Shown: piece after piece, positions 20,393 to 29,096 of the stretch
Position numbering within the stretch: the stretch's first letter is position 1
How the letters are laid out: the number at the start of each line of letters is the position of its first letter
Source: Nitrospiraceae bacterium
GTDB lineage: Bacteria; Nitrospirota; Nitrospiria; Nitrospirales; Nitrospiraceae
DNA: 64,000 bases
Assembly (NCBI GenBank): GCA_050246315.1
Contig: JBFWWG010000001.1
Location: 32,001-96,000, forward strand
Reading direction: 5' to 3'
Notes under the pieces: model-generated
Databases searched by the model: none
Told to the model about the DNA's origin: nothing
Seen by the model: the letters and a program-made list of their open reading frames with translations, nothing else
Position numbers and translations under genes: made by a program

Positions 20393-21916
20393 ATGAATCG
20401 AACGTTCTATTCGCGTATCGTGACCGGCGCCGCCGCTGTCGGGCTCGGCGTCATACTGTTATGGGGAGGGATCTGGTTCGCAGACAGCCATGCCGCGCCT
20501 ACTGTCTCCCACCAGACACCAGCGACGGCCGAAACGACGGCAACGGCCGTGGATAGCGGCACGGCGCTTCCGGCGGCCGGCTTCGCGCCGATCGCTAAAT
20601 CAGTGACTCCGGCGGTGGTCAATATCACGGCCAGCAACCACGGTGAACGAACCTCCGCTCAGAAAGACCCAAGACAGGAATGGAAGGATCGAAGGGAGGA
20701 GTTCGGATGGCCCTTCGGCGGCCCGAACGGCCCTCGCATGCCCCGTAATCCCTTCGACCGTGGACCCCACGGTGATGGAATGGGCTCGGGGGTGATCGTC
20801 TCGCCGGACGGTTATATCCTCACCAACAACCACGTGGTGGAGGGGGCCCGCGAGCTGACGGTTACGCTGCCGGACAAGCGAGAATTCAAGGCCACGGTGA
20901 TCGGGACCGACCCGAAATCCGACCTCGCCGTCATCAAGATTGACGGGAAGAACCTGCTCACGGTCTCCTGGGGCGATTCATCGAAGCTCCAGGTCGGTGA
21001 CTATGTGCTCGCAGTCGGCAACCCCTTCGGCCTGAACTCGACCGTGACGCTTGGTATCGTGAGCGCGGTCGGTCGGGGCAAGATGGGGATCACGCAGTAT
21101 GAAGACTTCATTCAAACCGACGCCGCGATCAATCCCGGCAATTCCGGTGGCGCCCTCGTGAATACGAAGGGTGAGTTGGTCGGGGTCAACACGGCTATCT
21201 TCTCCCAGACCGGCGGGTACCAGGGCGTCGGCTTTGCCGTCTCGACCGCAATGGCCAAGCCGATCTATGAGAGCCTGGTCAAGACCGGCAAGGTGGTCCG
21301 CGGTTACCTGGGCGTGAGCATCCAAGATATCAATCAGGACCTGGCCAAGTCTTTCGGCTTAACAGATCAAAAGGGCGCGTTGGTGGGCGACGTCAAGGAA
21401 GACAGCCCGGCGGACAAGGCCGGCTTGAAGCAAGGCGACGTGGTCATCGGCTATCAGAACCAGCCGATTGAGGATTCCGCTTCGCTGCAACGATTGGTGA
21501 CCAGGGCTGCCGTCGGCGACAAGGCGACGATCCGAGTCTGGCGCGACGGCCGTGAACGAACCCTCACGGTCACGATCGGCGAGCAGCCGGATGAGGTGAA
21601 AACCGCCAGAACGGACTCGGAATCCGGCGAGTCCGGCTTGGCGGGCTTGGCGGTGCAGGAGCTGGATCGGGACGCCATACGCGCGCTGGGCCTGAATTCA
21701 GGCATCAAGGGCGTCGTCGTGGCTGACGTGGAGCCGGACAGCCCGGCGGAGCGGGCTGGAATCACGCGCGGCGATGTCATCCGGGAAATCAATCGACAAC
21801 CGGTGCAGTCGGTCAAGGACTTTGAGCGCCTCGCCTCCGGGCTGAAGAAGGAGGAGTCGGCGCTCTTCCTGATCAACCGCCGAGGCGCGTCATTGTTCCT
21901 GTCCGTGAAGATCTAA
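20393..21916 (+). CDS. degP: HtrA/DegP-family periplasmic serine protease with two PDZ domains
   Basis: TNNHV, SDLAV, INPGNSGG catalytic triad; AAGGAGG RBS. Confidence 0.93.
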   Translation: MNRTFYSRIVTGAAAVGLGVILLWGGIWFADSHAAPTVSHQTPATAETTATAVDSGTALPAAGFAPIAKSVTPAVVNITASNHGERTSAQKDPRQEWKDRREEFGWPFGGPNGPRMPRNPFDRGPHGDGMGSGVIVSPDGYILTNNHVVEGARELTVTLPDKREFKATVIGTDPKSDLAVIKIDGKNLLTVSWGDSSKLQVGDYVLAVGNPFGLNSTVTLGIVSAVGRGKMGITQYEDFIQTDAAINPGNSGGALVNTKGELVGVNTAIFSQTGGYQGVGFAVSTAMAKPIYESLVKTGKVVRGYLGVSIQDINQDLAKSFGLTDQKGALVGDVKEDSPADKAGLKQGDVVIGYQNQPIEDSASLQRLVTRAAVGDKATIRVWRDGRERTLTVTIGEQPDEVKTARTDSESGESGLAGLAVQELDRDAIRALGLNSGIKGVVVADVEPDSPAERAGITRGDVIREINRQPVQSVKDFERLASGLKKEESALFLINRRGASLFLSVKI

Positions 21917-21931
21917 GATACTGCGTGCTGG

Positions 21932-21954
21932 GGCGGGGGCTCCAACCCCCCGCC
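21932..21954. terminator. GC-rich hairpin between convergent degP and purU
   Basis: GGCGGGGG...CCCCCGCC stem; weak U-tail. Confidence 0.4.
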
Positions 21955-21997
21955 TCCTTCGGTTGGTCGGACCTTTCGTCGATAAGAGCTGCAACGG

Positions 21998-22861
21998 CTA
22001 GTCGAACACCACCGTCCGTCTACCGTAAACGATCACCCGGTGCTCGACGTGGAGCCGGACGGCCCGCGCCAGGACCAACTCTTCCAGATCACGCCCCTTG
22101 CGAACGAGGTCCTCCACCGAGTCCCGATGTCCGACTCGGGTCACATCCTGTTCAATGATGGGACCTTCATCCAGATCCTCGGTCGCATAGTGAGCGGTCG
22201 CCCCGATCAGCTTCACGCCACGCTCGTAGGCCTGCCGATAGGGGTTGGCCCCGATGAATGCCGGCAAGAACGAATGGTGGATATTGATGACGGGACAACC
22301 GACCGCACGCAGAAACTCGCCGCTGAGAATCTGCATGTACCGGGCCAAGACCACCAGGTGCACGTCATGCTGCTTGAGAACCGACAGGATGCGCTGTTCC
22401 TGCTCCAGCTTGCTGTCTTTCGTCACGGGAAAGACGTGGAACGGGATCTTGTACAACTCAGCCCACATGGCGCAGGTGTCGTGATTCGACATGATGACCG
22501 GCACGTCGATGGGTAATTCGCCGCGCCGCTGCCGCTGGAGCAGATCGGCCAAACAATGGTCCTGCTTGGAAACCAAGAGGGCGACCTTCGGACGCACCGG
22601 GATGAAGTAGACTTCGTAGCGCATCCCGAACACCTTCGCGATCGGCGCAAAGGCCGCGGCGATCTCGTCCGGGGGCAGTTGGAAGCCCTCCAGCGCGAAG
22701 ACCGTCCGCATGAGAAATTCGCCGGCCTCGCGATCCGTATGGTGGTCGGAGTCCAGGATGTTCCCCCCGAACTCGTTGATGAACCCCGCCACCCGGGCCA
22801 CGATGCCCTTGCGGTCAGGACAATGGATGAGCAGCACAACAGCAGAGGGCGACTCGACCAT
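21998..22861 (-). CDS. purU: Formyltetrahydrofolate deformylase
   Basis: ACT domain CPDRKGIVA; LARYMQIL, INIHHSFLPAF, GATAHY, DLDEGPIIEQ. Confidence 0.97.
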   Translation of the reverse strand: MVESPSAVVLLIHCPDRKGIVARVAGFINEFGGNILDSDHHTDREAGEFLMRTVFALEGFQLPPDEIAAAFAPIAKVFGMRYEVYFIPVRPKVALLVSKQDHCLADLLQRQRRGELPIDVPVIMSNHDTCAMWAELYKIPFHVFPVTKDSKLEQEQRILSVLKQHDVHLVVLARYMQILSGEFLRAVGCPVINIHHSFLPAFIGANPYRQAYERGVKLIGATAHYATEDLDEGPIIEQDVTRVGHRDSVEDLVRKGRDLEELVLARAVRLHVEHRVIVYGRRTVVFD

Positions 22862-22953
22862 GGCCTTACTGTGACAGGTTGTACGCTGTATTGGCAACGA
22901 GACCACAGGCAGGATCACAGAAAGGATCTGGAGAGGAGCGAAGCACAGCCTGT

Positions 22954-24450
22954 TTACTGCGCCTTCACCTTTGTGGGCATGATGAGGGAAAGACCGGAGG
23001 ACGCTCGCTGTGCTTGCAAGGCGGACGGACCGAGCTTAGTTTGCCGACCGGCTTTCGATCTTGTCCGGACCGGCTCAACAGCCCGGCCGATCAGATCATA
23101 GGCGGTGGCCTCGGTGATCGTGACCCTCACCAACTCCCCGGGCTCCACCTCGCTCTCGCTCAAGTACACAACCCCGTCGATCTCTGAGGCCTGCCCTTCA
23201 TGGCGGCCTTCGAGCAGAAACTCGTTGTCCTCCGACAATCCATCGACCAGCACAGAGAGCGTGGAACCAATCTTGCCCCGGCTATGATGCAGCGAAATCG
23301 CCTCTTGGCGAGTCAGCAGCTCGTTCCGCCGCTCCTCGATCACGGACTGGGCGATCTTGCCGTGCAACTGAATCGCAGACGTCTCCTCTTCGTCGGAATA
23401 GCCGAATACGGCCGCTCGGTCAAAGGCCGCCTCTTCCATGAACTGCGCCAGTTCGTCGAACATGGCCTCAGTCTCGCCGGGGAAGCCGACGATGAAGGCC
23501 GTGCGGAACGTCACTCCCGGAATGCGCGAACGAATCCGCTCGACCAGCCTGGTGAGGAAGGATTTGTCGCCGAGCCGGCGCATGCGGCTCAGCATGACAT
23601 CGTTGATGTGCTGGAGCGGCATGTCGATGTATTTGACGATCTTCTCCTCGCCGGCGTACAGATCCAATAATTCGTCGGTCACCTGCTGCGGATAGAGGTA
23701 GAAGGGACGAATCCAGCGTACATCCTTGACCTTGACCAACTCGCGCAGCAGCGCCGTGAAGCCCTGTCGCAGGCCCAGATCCACCCCATAGTTGATCGTG
23801 TCCTGGGAAATGAGGTTCAGCTCCTGGACTCCGTCCGCAACCAGCCGTTCGGCCTCCGCAACGATCGACTCGATCGGCCGGCTCCGCTGCTTGCCGCGCA
23901 TGATCGGAATCGCGCAGAACGTGCAATGGCGATTGCAGCCTTCGGCGATCTTGACATAAGCGGAGTGCGGTCTGCCCAGCCGGATGCGCGGGGCCAACGC
24001 GTCATACAGAAACGGGGGTGGACTGATCCAGGACCGCTGCACCGGTCTCTTGGGCTGAAGCAGCGAGCGGGTGATGTCGGCGATCTTGCCGAACTCGCCG
24101 GTGCCCACGATCCCGTCCAGCTCCGGCAATTCCTGCAGCAGGTCGCCCTGGTACCGCTGGGCCAGGCAGCCGGCGGCAATCAAGACCCGGCAGGCCCCGG
24201 TCTTTTTCAGTTCCGCATGTTCCAGGATCGTATTGATGGATTCCTGCTTGGCCTCCTCGATGAAGCCGCAAGTGTTGATGATCACCACCTCGGCCAGTTC
24301 GGGATGGCTGGTCAGTTCGAATCCGTCGGCCACAAGCTGGCCAAGCATGATCTCGGAATCCACCTGGTTCTTGGAGCAACCCAGATTGACGAATCCGACC
24401 CTGGGCGTTGCGCCGTCGGTGTCGACCGGAGTGGGAGAATTCGGTGCCAT
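22954..24450 (-). CDS. rimO: Ribosomal protein S12 methylthiotransferase
   Basis: LGCSKNQVDSE, NTCGFI, EGCNRHCTFC radical SAM motif, C-terminal TRAM domain. Confidence 0.96.
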   Translation of the reverse strand: MAPNSPTPVDTDGATPRVGFVNLGCSKNQVDSEIMLGQLVADGFELTSHPELAEVVIINTCGFIEEAKQESINTILEHAELKKTGACRVLIAAGCLAQRYQGDLLQELPELDGIVGTGEFGKIADITRSLLQPKRPVQRSWISPPPFLYDALAPRIRLGRPHSAYVKIAEGCNRHCTFCAIPIMRGKQRSRPIESIVAEAERLVADGVQELNLISQDTINYGVDLGLRQGFTALLRELVKVKDVRWIRPFYLYPQQVTDELLDLYAGEEKIVKYIDMPLQHINDVMLSRMRRLGDKSFLTRLVERIRSRIPGVTFRTAFIVGFPGETEAMFDELAQFMEEAAFDRAAVFGYSDEEETSAIQLHGKIAQSVIEERRNELLTRQEAISLHHSRGKIGSTLSVLVDGLSEDNEFLLEGRHEGQASEIDGVVYLSESEVEPGELVRVTITEATAYDLIGRAVEPVRTRSKAGRQTKLGPSALQAQRASSGLSLIMPTKVKAQ

Positions 24451-24543
24451 GGTCGGGCCAGTCTACGGGACGGGTGAAAATCACGTCAACTCGCAGGCTC
24501 GGTCCTCGTCTCCGCCGCCCCGAGCACCCGAACCTCGTTTTGT

Positions 24544-25079
24544 GCTGGCAGATTGTTGGAAACCCATTTTGACACCTCTAGGAGCCTGTCCGACATTGCC
24601 GTTCGTGACGAGGTGAAGAAGGTGTGGGCAGATGCGAGGCCCCAGGCCCGGAACAACCGGAGGCGCATTCGCTGGCATCCGTTAAGGATTTTTCCTGGCC
24701 GAGAACGACACAGATGGCCACAGATCGTTCGTCGCAGCAGAAAGGTCAATGTCGGACAGGCTCCTAGAGACAGGGGATGGCCAAAAGTCACGGACGGGGT
24801 GGGAATTCCCGCAGGATGTTCAAAAAGGCGTGTTGTCTCGCTCACCAACCCCTCGATTCCTCCACAATCGATCAGCCGAGACGCGCCGATCAACGGGCGA
24901 GGTCGCAGCGAGCAATGACGGCGGATTTCCGTCACTCGTCATTTGTCAATCGTACAGGACTACCACATCTTGGTTGCCTTTCTTCTCCAGACTTTGTCGA
25001 TTGACGGTTGACGTTGAGGGATGACGGCCAGGCTGATCGGCGAGAACAAATCTGGCGGGCCTTTTCAACATCGTGCTAG
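24544..25079 (+). mobile_element. MITE-like dispersed repeat, copy B (long form, interrupted by a nested MITE)
   Basis: Degenerate outer end GGCAGATTGTTGGAAA, inner end GCAGGATGTTCAAAAAGG at 24811, right end CTTTTCAACATCGTGCTAG. Confidence 0.7.
24577..24768. mobile_element. Nested non-autonomous MITE with CTAG at both ends
   Basis: Perfect 22-bp IR TCTAGGAGCCTGTCCGACATTG / CAATGTCGGACAGGCTCCTAGA; no transposase inside. Confidence 0.8.
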
Positions 25080-25110
25080 ACTGTCGCGGGCCTGAAGGCG
25101 GAGGCACCCG

Positions 25111-25992
25111 ATGGACGTGCTGACAACATTCGACATTGATCGCTGGGAGGGACCGTTTCCGGCGGAGGCCCAGGCCCAGGCCGTGGACGCGCTGGAGTCG
25201 GGCCGGCTCCTGTATCTGCCTCGCCTGTCATTCGTCCTCGACCAGGCGGAACGTCATTTTCTGTCGCCGCAGTGGTCGGACGGCAAAGCGAAGAACGTCA
25301 GCTACGATCCAGTTAAGGACGACCTGCGGGGAACGACCGTGCGGCACCAGGAACGGCTTGCGCTTCGTCACATGATGGCCCGCTATGCGGCCCAGGCACG
25401 CTCCCTCCTGGAGTCACTCGTGCCGAGCTATCGCGCGCATCTCAGCCAGGCGAGGACCAGCTTCCGCCCGGTGGAGGTCATGGGGCGCATCCAATCCTTC
25501 AAGAGGGACGATCGCCTGCTACATACGGACGCGTTTCCGTCCCGCCCGTCCCGAGGCCACCGTATCCTGCGAGTGTTCTCCAACGTGAATCCCGATGGTC
25601 AGGACCGCATCTGGCGAGTGGGCGAACCGTTCGAGGCCATGGCCCGGAAGTTCATCGGGGGCTTGCGCCCACCGCTCCCCGGGCTGCACGCGTTGCTCGC
25701 TGTACTCCGGATCACGAAGGGTGGGCGCACCCTCTACGACAGCTTCATGCTGCAACTCCACGACCGTGTGAAAAAGGACCAGACCTATCAGGACCGCGCA
25801 CCGCAGACGAGCCTGGCGTTGAAACCCGGCAGTACCTGGATCGTGTTCACGGATCAGGTGTTGCATGCCGCCCTGTCCGGCCAATACCTGTTCGAACAGA
25901 CGTTCCACCTGCCAGTCGACGCGCAACACCGTCTCGAACTGGCCCCGCTCCGTGTGCTCGAGCGGCTCACCGGCCGGGCGCTCGTGGGCTGA
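25111..25992 (+). CDS. Kdo hydroxylase family (KdoO-like Fe(II)/2-oxoglutarate dioxygenase)
   Basis: SDGKAKNVS, RTSFRP, DDRLLHTDAFPSRP, ILRVFSNVNP, DQVLHAALSGQY. Confidence 0.85.
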   Translation: MDVLTTFDIDRWEGPFPAEAQAQAVDALESGRLLYLPRLSFVLDQAERHFLSPQWSDGKAKNVSYDPVKDDLRGTTVRHQERLALRHMMARYAAQARSLLESLVPSYRAHLSQARTSFRPVEVMGRIQSFKRDDRLLHTDAFPSRPSRGHRILRVFSNVNPDGQDRIWRVGEPFEAMARKFIGGLRPPLPGLHALLAVLRITKGGRTLYDSFMLQLHDRVKKDQTYQDRAPQTSLALKPGSTWIVFTDQVLHAALSGQYLFEQTFHLPVDAQHRLELAPLRVLERLTGRALVG

Positions 25993-26037
25993 GCCACGGT
26001 GCTCAGGGCCCATCGCGTGGCGACCCATGTGACTCCT

Positions 26038-26574
26038 ATGCTGCGAGCATTTCAAGGTATCATCCCAACCGTTCCAAAATCCTGCTTCATCGAGGAGACC
26101 GGCGTCGTCATCGGCGATGTGGTCATGGGCGAGCAGTGCAGCGTGTGGTTTCACGCCGTGATCCGCGGCGACGTGAACTATATCCGTATCGGCCACCGCA
26201 CGAACGTCCAGGACCTCTGCATGCTCCACGTGACGCACGATACTGCGCCGCTGATCATCGGCGATGACGTGACGATCGGCCATCACGTGGTCCTCCACGG
26301 CTGCACGGTGAAAGACCGGGTCCTGATCGGCATGGGCGCCATCATCATGGACGACGCCGTGATCGGAGAGGACTCTGTGGTCGGGGCCGGTGCCCTGATC
26401 ACCGAGCGGACCATCGTCCCGCCCAAGAGCCTGATCCTGGGCTCTCCCGCCAAGGTGAAGCGCCCGGTGACCGAAGAGGAATTGTCTTGGATCAGGGAGT
26501 CGTCCCAGAACTATGTTCGCTACGCCAGCCGGTATATGAGCGATCCGGAGAAGCCTCTGGGCTTCTGGGTCTAG
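26038..26574 (+). CDS. Gamma carbonic anhydrase family protein (YrdA-like)
   Basis: RGDVN..IG..TNVQD...H, GH.VVLHGC, hexapeptide repeats. Confidence 0.93.
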   Translation: MLRAFQGIIPTVPKSCFIEETGVVIGDVVMGEQCSVWFHAVIRGDVNYIRIGHRTNVQDLCMLHVTHDTAPLIIGDDVTIGHHVVLHGCTVKDRVLIGMGAIIMDDAVIGEDSVVGAGALITERTIVPPKSLILGSPAKVKRPVTEEELSWIRESSQNYVRYASRYMSDPEKPLGFWV

Positions 26575-26827
26575 CCCGCATTATTCATGACCGCTTCTAC
26601 TGCAACCGCTGATACGCCGCTGCGACCCGCTTGGGAACGAGTTCTCGGTTCCCAAGCGGGCAGGCTCGCCGCTCGCGACCGCGACATACTGTTTCAGGTA
26701 TGCCTTGGTCTCTCGTGGCTCCGCGTGCCCGTCTCGCCTGGCGTCTTAGCGGTTTCGTCACGAACCGTCATGATTAATGTGGGCTAGGTCTCTGAGTGCT
26801 GAGTGCGAGTGTTGCGTCCCAGAAGTT

Positions 26828-26903
26828 CGTTCGTGGTGAGCCTGTCGAACCATGAACGGAACTCCTTGAAAGTGGGCGCCCTTCGACACGCTCAGTGCGA
26901 ACG
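26828..26903. repeat. REP-like inverted repeat pair between convergent genes
   Basis: CGTTCGTGGTGAGCCTGTCGAA ... TTCGACACGCTCAGTGCGAACG, 18/22 complementary. Confidence 0.7.
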
Positions 26904-26941
26904 GATAATTACCGGAACTTACGGGACACAACCCTAGCCCA

Positions 26942-27649
26942 TCACCGCCCACCGACCCGAATGAAGCAGATGGGGTCTTCGACCAGCGCGGTCGGGTAGG
27001 TGCGGCGCTCGACTTTCCAGTGGATGTGACGCTGCGCGCACCAGTCCGCAATCCAAACTGCTTCTTCGGTGGACGTGGTGACCAGCCCTGGTCGCACGAG
27101 ATTCGTGAGACATCGATCCACTAGCCTGGCCACCTGACGGCGTTCGCGCATATAACGGTGTGGGTCGAACATCACCGGATTGGCGCGCCCGTAGGAGAGT
27201 TCGGACAGCTCTGGGTAACACTCCGGATCGTTCAGCACGCTGACCATCCAGAGGTGATCGAACGAGCCCCGCACAGACGTCGCGTCACGATGCTCGAAGC
27301 GAACTGGCAGATCCTTCGCGGCACGATTCAGCTCCTGAACCTCCTCCGACCTCAAATTGCAGGCGACTACCGAGCGTCCAACTTCCACGGTCTCCATGAT
27401 CAACGGTGGCAGCTCGGCGACACCCGCGCCGACATAGAGGCTGCGCCCGCCAGGCTTGAGTCTGCGCTTGAGCACCTCGGCCAGCTTGATGCCCAGTCGC
27501 TGACAACGTCTGCCCCTCGCCCGCCAGAATTCGCCTCCCCCCTCGTGGCAATAGACCTCGCCGAGTAATCGGTAGTCCAGTTCCTCAAAGACTCGGCGGA
27601 TCGCCTGGACAGACTGGGGTCGCAATCGATGCTTGATCACAGAATGCAC
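26942..27649 (-). CDS. Hypothetical protein, probable class I SAM-methyltransferase fold
   Basis: 235 aa; SLYVGAG motif I-like segment, followed by DAT...SFDHLW. Confidence 0.65.
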   Translation of the reverse strand: MHSVIKHRLRPQSVQAIRRVFEELDYRLLGEVYCHEGGGEFWRARGRRCQRLGIKLAEVLKRRLKPGGRSLYVGAGVAELPPLIMETVEVGRSVVACNLRSEEVQELNRAAKDLPVRFEHRDATSVRGSFDHLWMVSVLNDPECYPELSELSYGRANPVMFDPHRYMRERRQVARLVDRCLTNLVRPGLVTTSTEEAVWIADWCAQRHIHWKVERRTYPTALVEDPICFIRVGGR

Positions 27650-27855
27650 GGCGCAATGTTCAGATTCTGCGGAATCGGCTGGCCATGGGCCAGGAGAGAG
27701 GTCATGAGTCGCCAGATGGCTTCGCGGATATTCCGTCTGGCCTCTTCGATTGTCTTACCGTTGCTGAAGCAGCCCGGCAACGTTGGGCTGTACGCGGCAT
27801 AGCCCACATCGTCCGTCTCTTTCTCAACCACGATCTCGAAGTGATAGAACGTTAT
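27637..27855 (-). pseudogene. HicB-family antitoxin, degenerate
   Basis: YHFEIVVEKE...YSPTLPGCFSNGKTIEEARRNIREAI; the expected start position reads ATA; no hicA nearby. Confidence 0.7.
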
Positions 27856-28054
27856 CCGACAACTACTCGGAACAGATCATAGCAAACCGCTGACCCCAAG
27901 CCCAGAGGATGAAGCGGCAAGAAGGCACGCATTCGTGCTTATTGGGAGACGCGACGGGACAGATCGGAAGAAAGGTCGCCGGGCCGGATATCTGAGGCGA
28001 TTTGTCGGCCTTCCATGGCCCGAATCTCGGCGACGCGGGCGGCGATGGTCTAAC

Positions 28055-28293
28055 TCACCCGGCTTTGGGCAGATGGAACTCAGCAGTCACAGGGAAGTGA
28101 ACCGTCTCTCCCTTGGCGACACGCGAAGCAAAAAGAGGATCTCCAGATTCTCAAGATCGTGCGTCTGTGGATTGAGCCCGGCAACTCCCCCATAATCGAG
28201 ATCCACGGAGTCCTGCTCAGGATAGGGTTTGGTTTTCCCAAGGTCGAGAGTACCGCCGACCTGGTCATATTCAACCGTCAGACATGTTTCTGT
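28055..28293 (-). pseudogene. DUF2283-like protein, frameshifted
   Basis: Manual translation LTVEYDQVG...KPYPEQDSVDLDYGGVAGLNPQTHDLENLEILF, then a frameshift in a T5 run (~28130) to ASRVAKGETVHFPVTAEFHLPKAG*; no start codon. Confidence 0.6.
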
Positions 28294-28321
28294 ATCACAG
28301 TCCCAGACCTACCTTTCTGCA

Positions 28322-28519
28322 CTACCCGATTCGTCTCTTGGCGATACGCTCCCGGAGGGCCGGGACTAGTTCGATGGGTACTTCCATGACCGTTTGAGTC
28401 TTATCCTCCTTTGCTGCCTCGTCTTCTGCCACAGCTTCTTCTGTCTGTTCTTCATAGTGGGTCAAGACCCGACGGACGCGTGCCTCATCCCAACCGGAAG
28501 GAAATATGCTTTGTTTCAT
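28322..28519 (-). CDS. Small putative antitoxin
   Basis: MKQSIFPSGWDEARVRRVLTHYEEQTEE..., 65 aa; ATGA-coupled to an upstream toxin-like remnant. Confidence 0.65.
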   Translation of the reverse strand: MKQSIFPSGWDEARVRRVLTHYEEQTEEAVAEDEAAKEDKTQTVMEVPIELVPALRERIAKRRIG

Positions 28520-28609
28520 GACTTTCTACTTCGACGACCTCGATATGCCAACAACGGCTGGCCGGTCAACTGATAAGCAGTCACGACGAACACGGAATCG
28601 GGCTCTGGA
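28516..28609 (-). pseudogene. C-terminal remnant of a toxin-like gene (DUF4258/BrnT-like), cut by IS3
   Basis: PEPDSVFVVTAYQLTGQPLLAYRGRRSRKS*; begins exactly at the IS boundary. Confidence 0.55.
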
Positions 28610-28911
28610 TGACCTTCCCCCGTTTATTAGATACCCACGCCCGGAAGGGCGTGGGTATCTAACTGGCGCAGCCTCCTCACATCACTGATTTCGAGCCTGG
28701 CGTATTTCGCGCGCCACTTATAAGAGGTGGCATCCGAGATGCCATGCTTGCGGCAGAGCTCGTGGACCCCGATGCCCGCTTGGGCGTCCTTGAGCACTGT
28801 GATGATCTGTTCTTCCGTGTGCCGCTTCCGTGTCATGGCCCCCTCCTGTGAGGCCCATCTCAGCACAGTGGCACTTCCAAGCCAATGGTCTCGTTTTCAG
28901 GGGGAAGGTCC
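28610..28911 (-). mobile_element. Internally deleted IS3-family element
   Basis: Ends TGACCTTCCCCCG / CAGGGGGAAGGTCC; OrfA N-terminus MTRKRHTEEQII...ELCRKHGISDATSYKW; OrfB absent. Confidence 0.85.
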
Positions 28912-29096
28912 GCTCGGCCCGTCGTTCCCGCTCCGCCAAGAGAAATATTCACACCTGCCACCAGGACATCTACCAGCCATGTCTCGATGGGCTTTGACCC
29001 AGGCTTATTCTTCCATGCCATCGACACATGACAACTATCGTCAATTGGCGGGAACGCTACAAGAGAGAACTCCTGCTGTCCAGAGACACGTTCGGA

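Noticed and set aside
26587..26787. 66-aa ORF after the gamma carbonic anhydrase
   Set aside because: No RBS or recognisable motif, and it lies next to repeat sequence.
27841..27866. dif-like XerC arm (TTGTCGGATAA on the minus strand) at the hicB 5' end; similar GTGTCCCGTAA near 26918-26928
   Set aside because: No XerD arm (TTATG...) at 6-bp spacing in either case.
28047..28054. Integron attC core (GTTAGAC on the minus strand)
   Set aside because: No matching inverse core or L boxes upstream, and no integron integrase.
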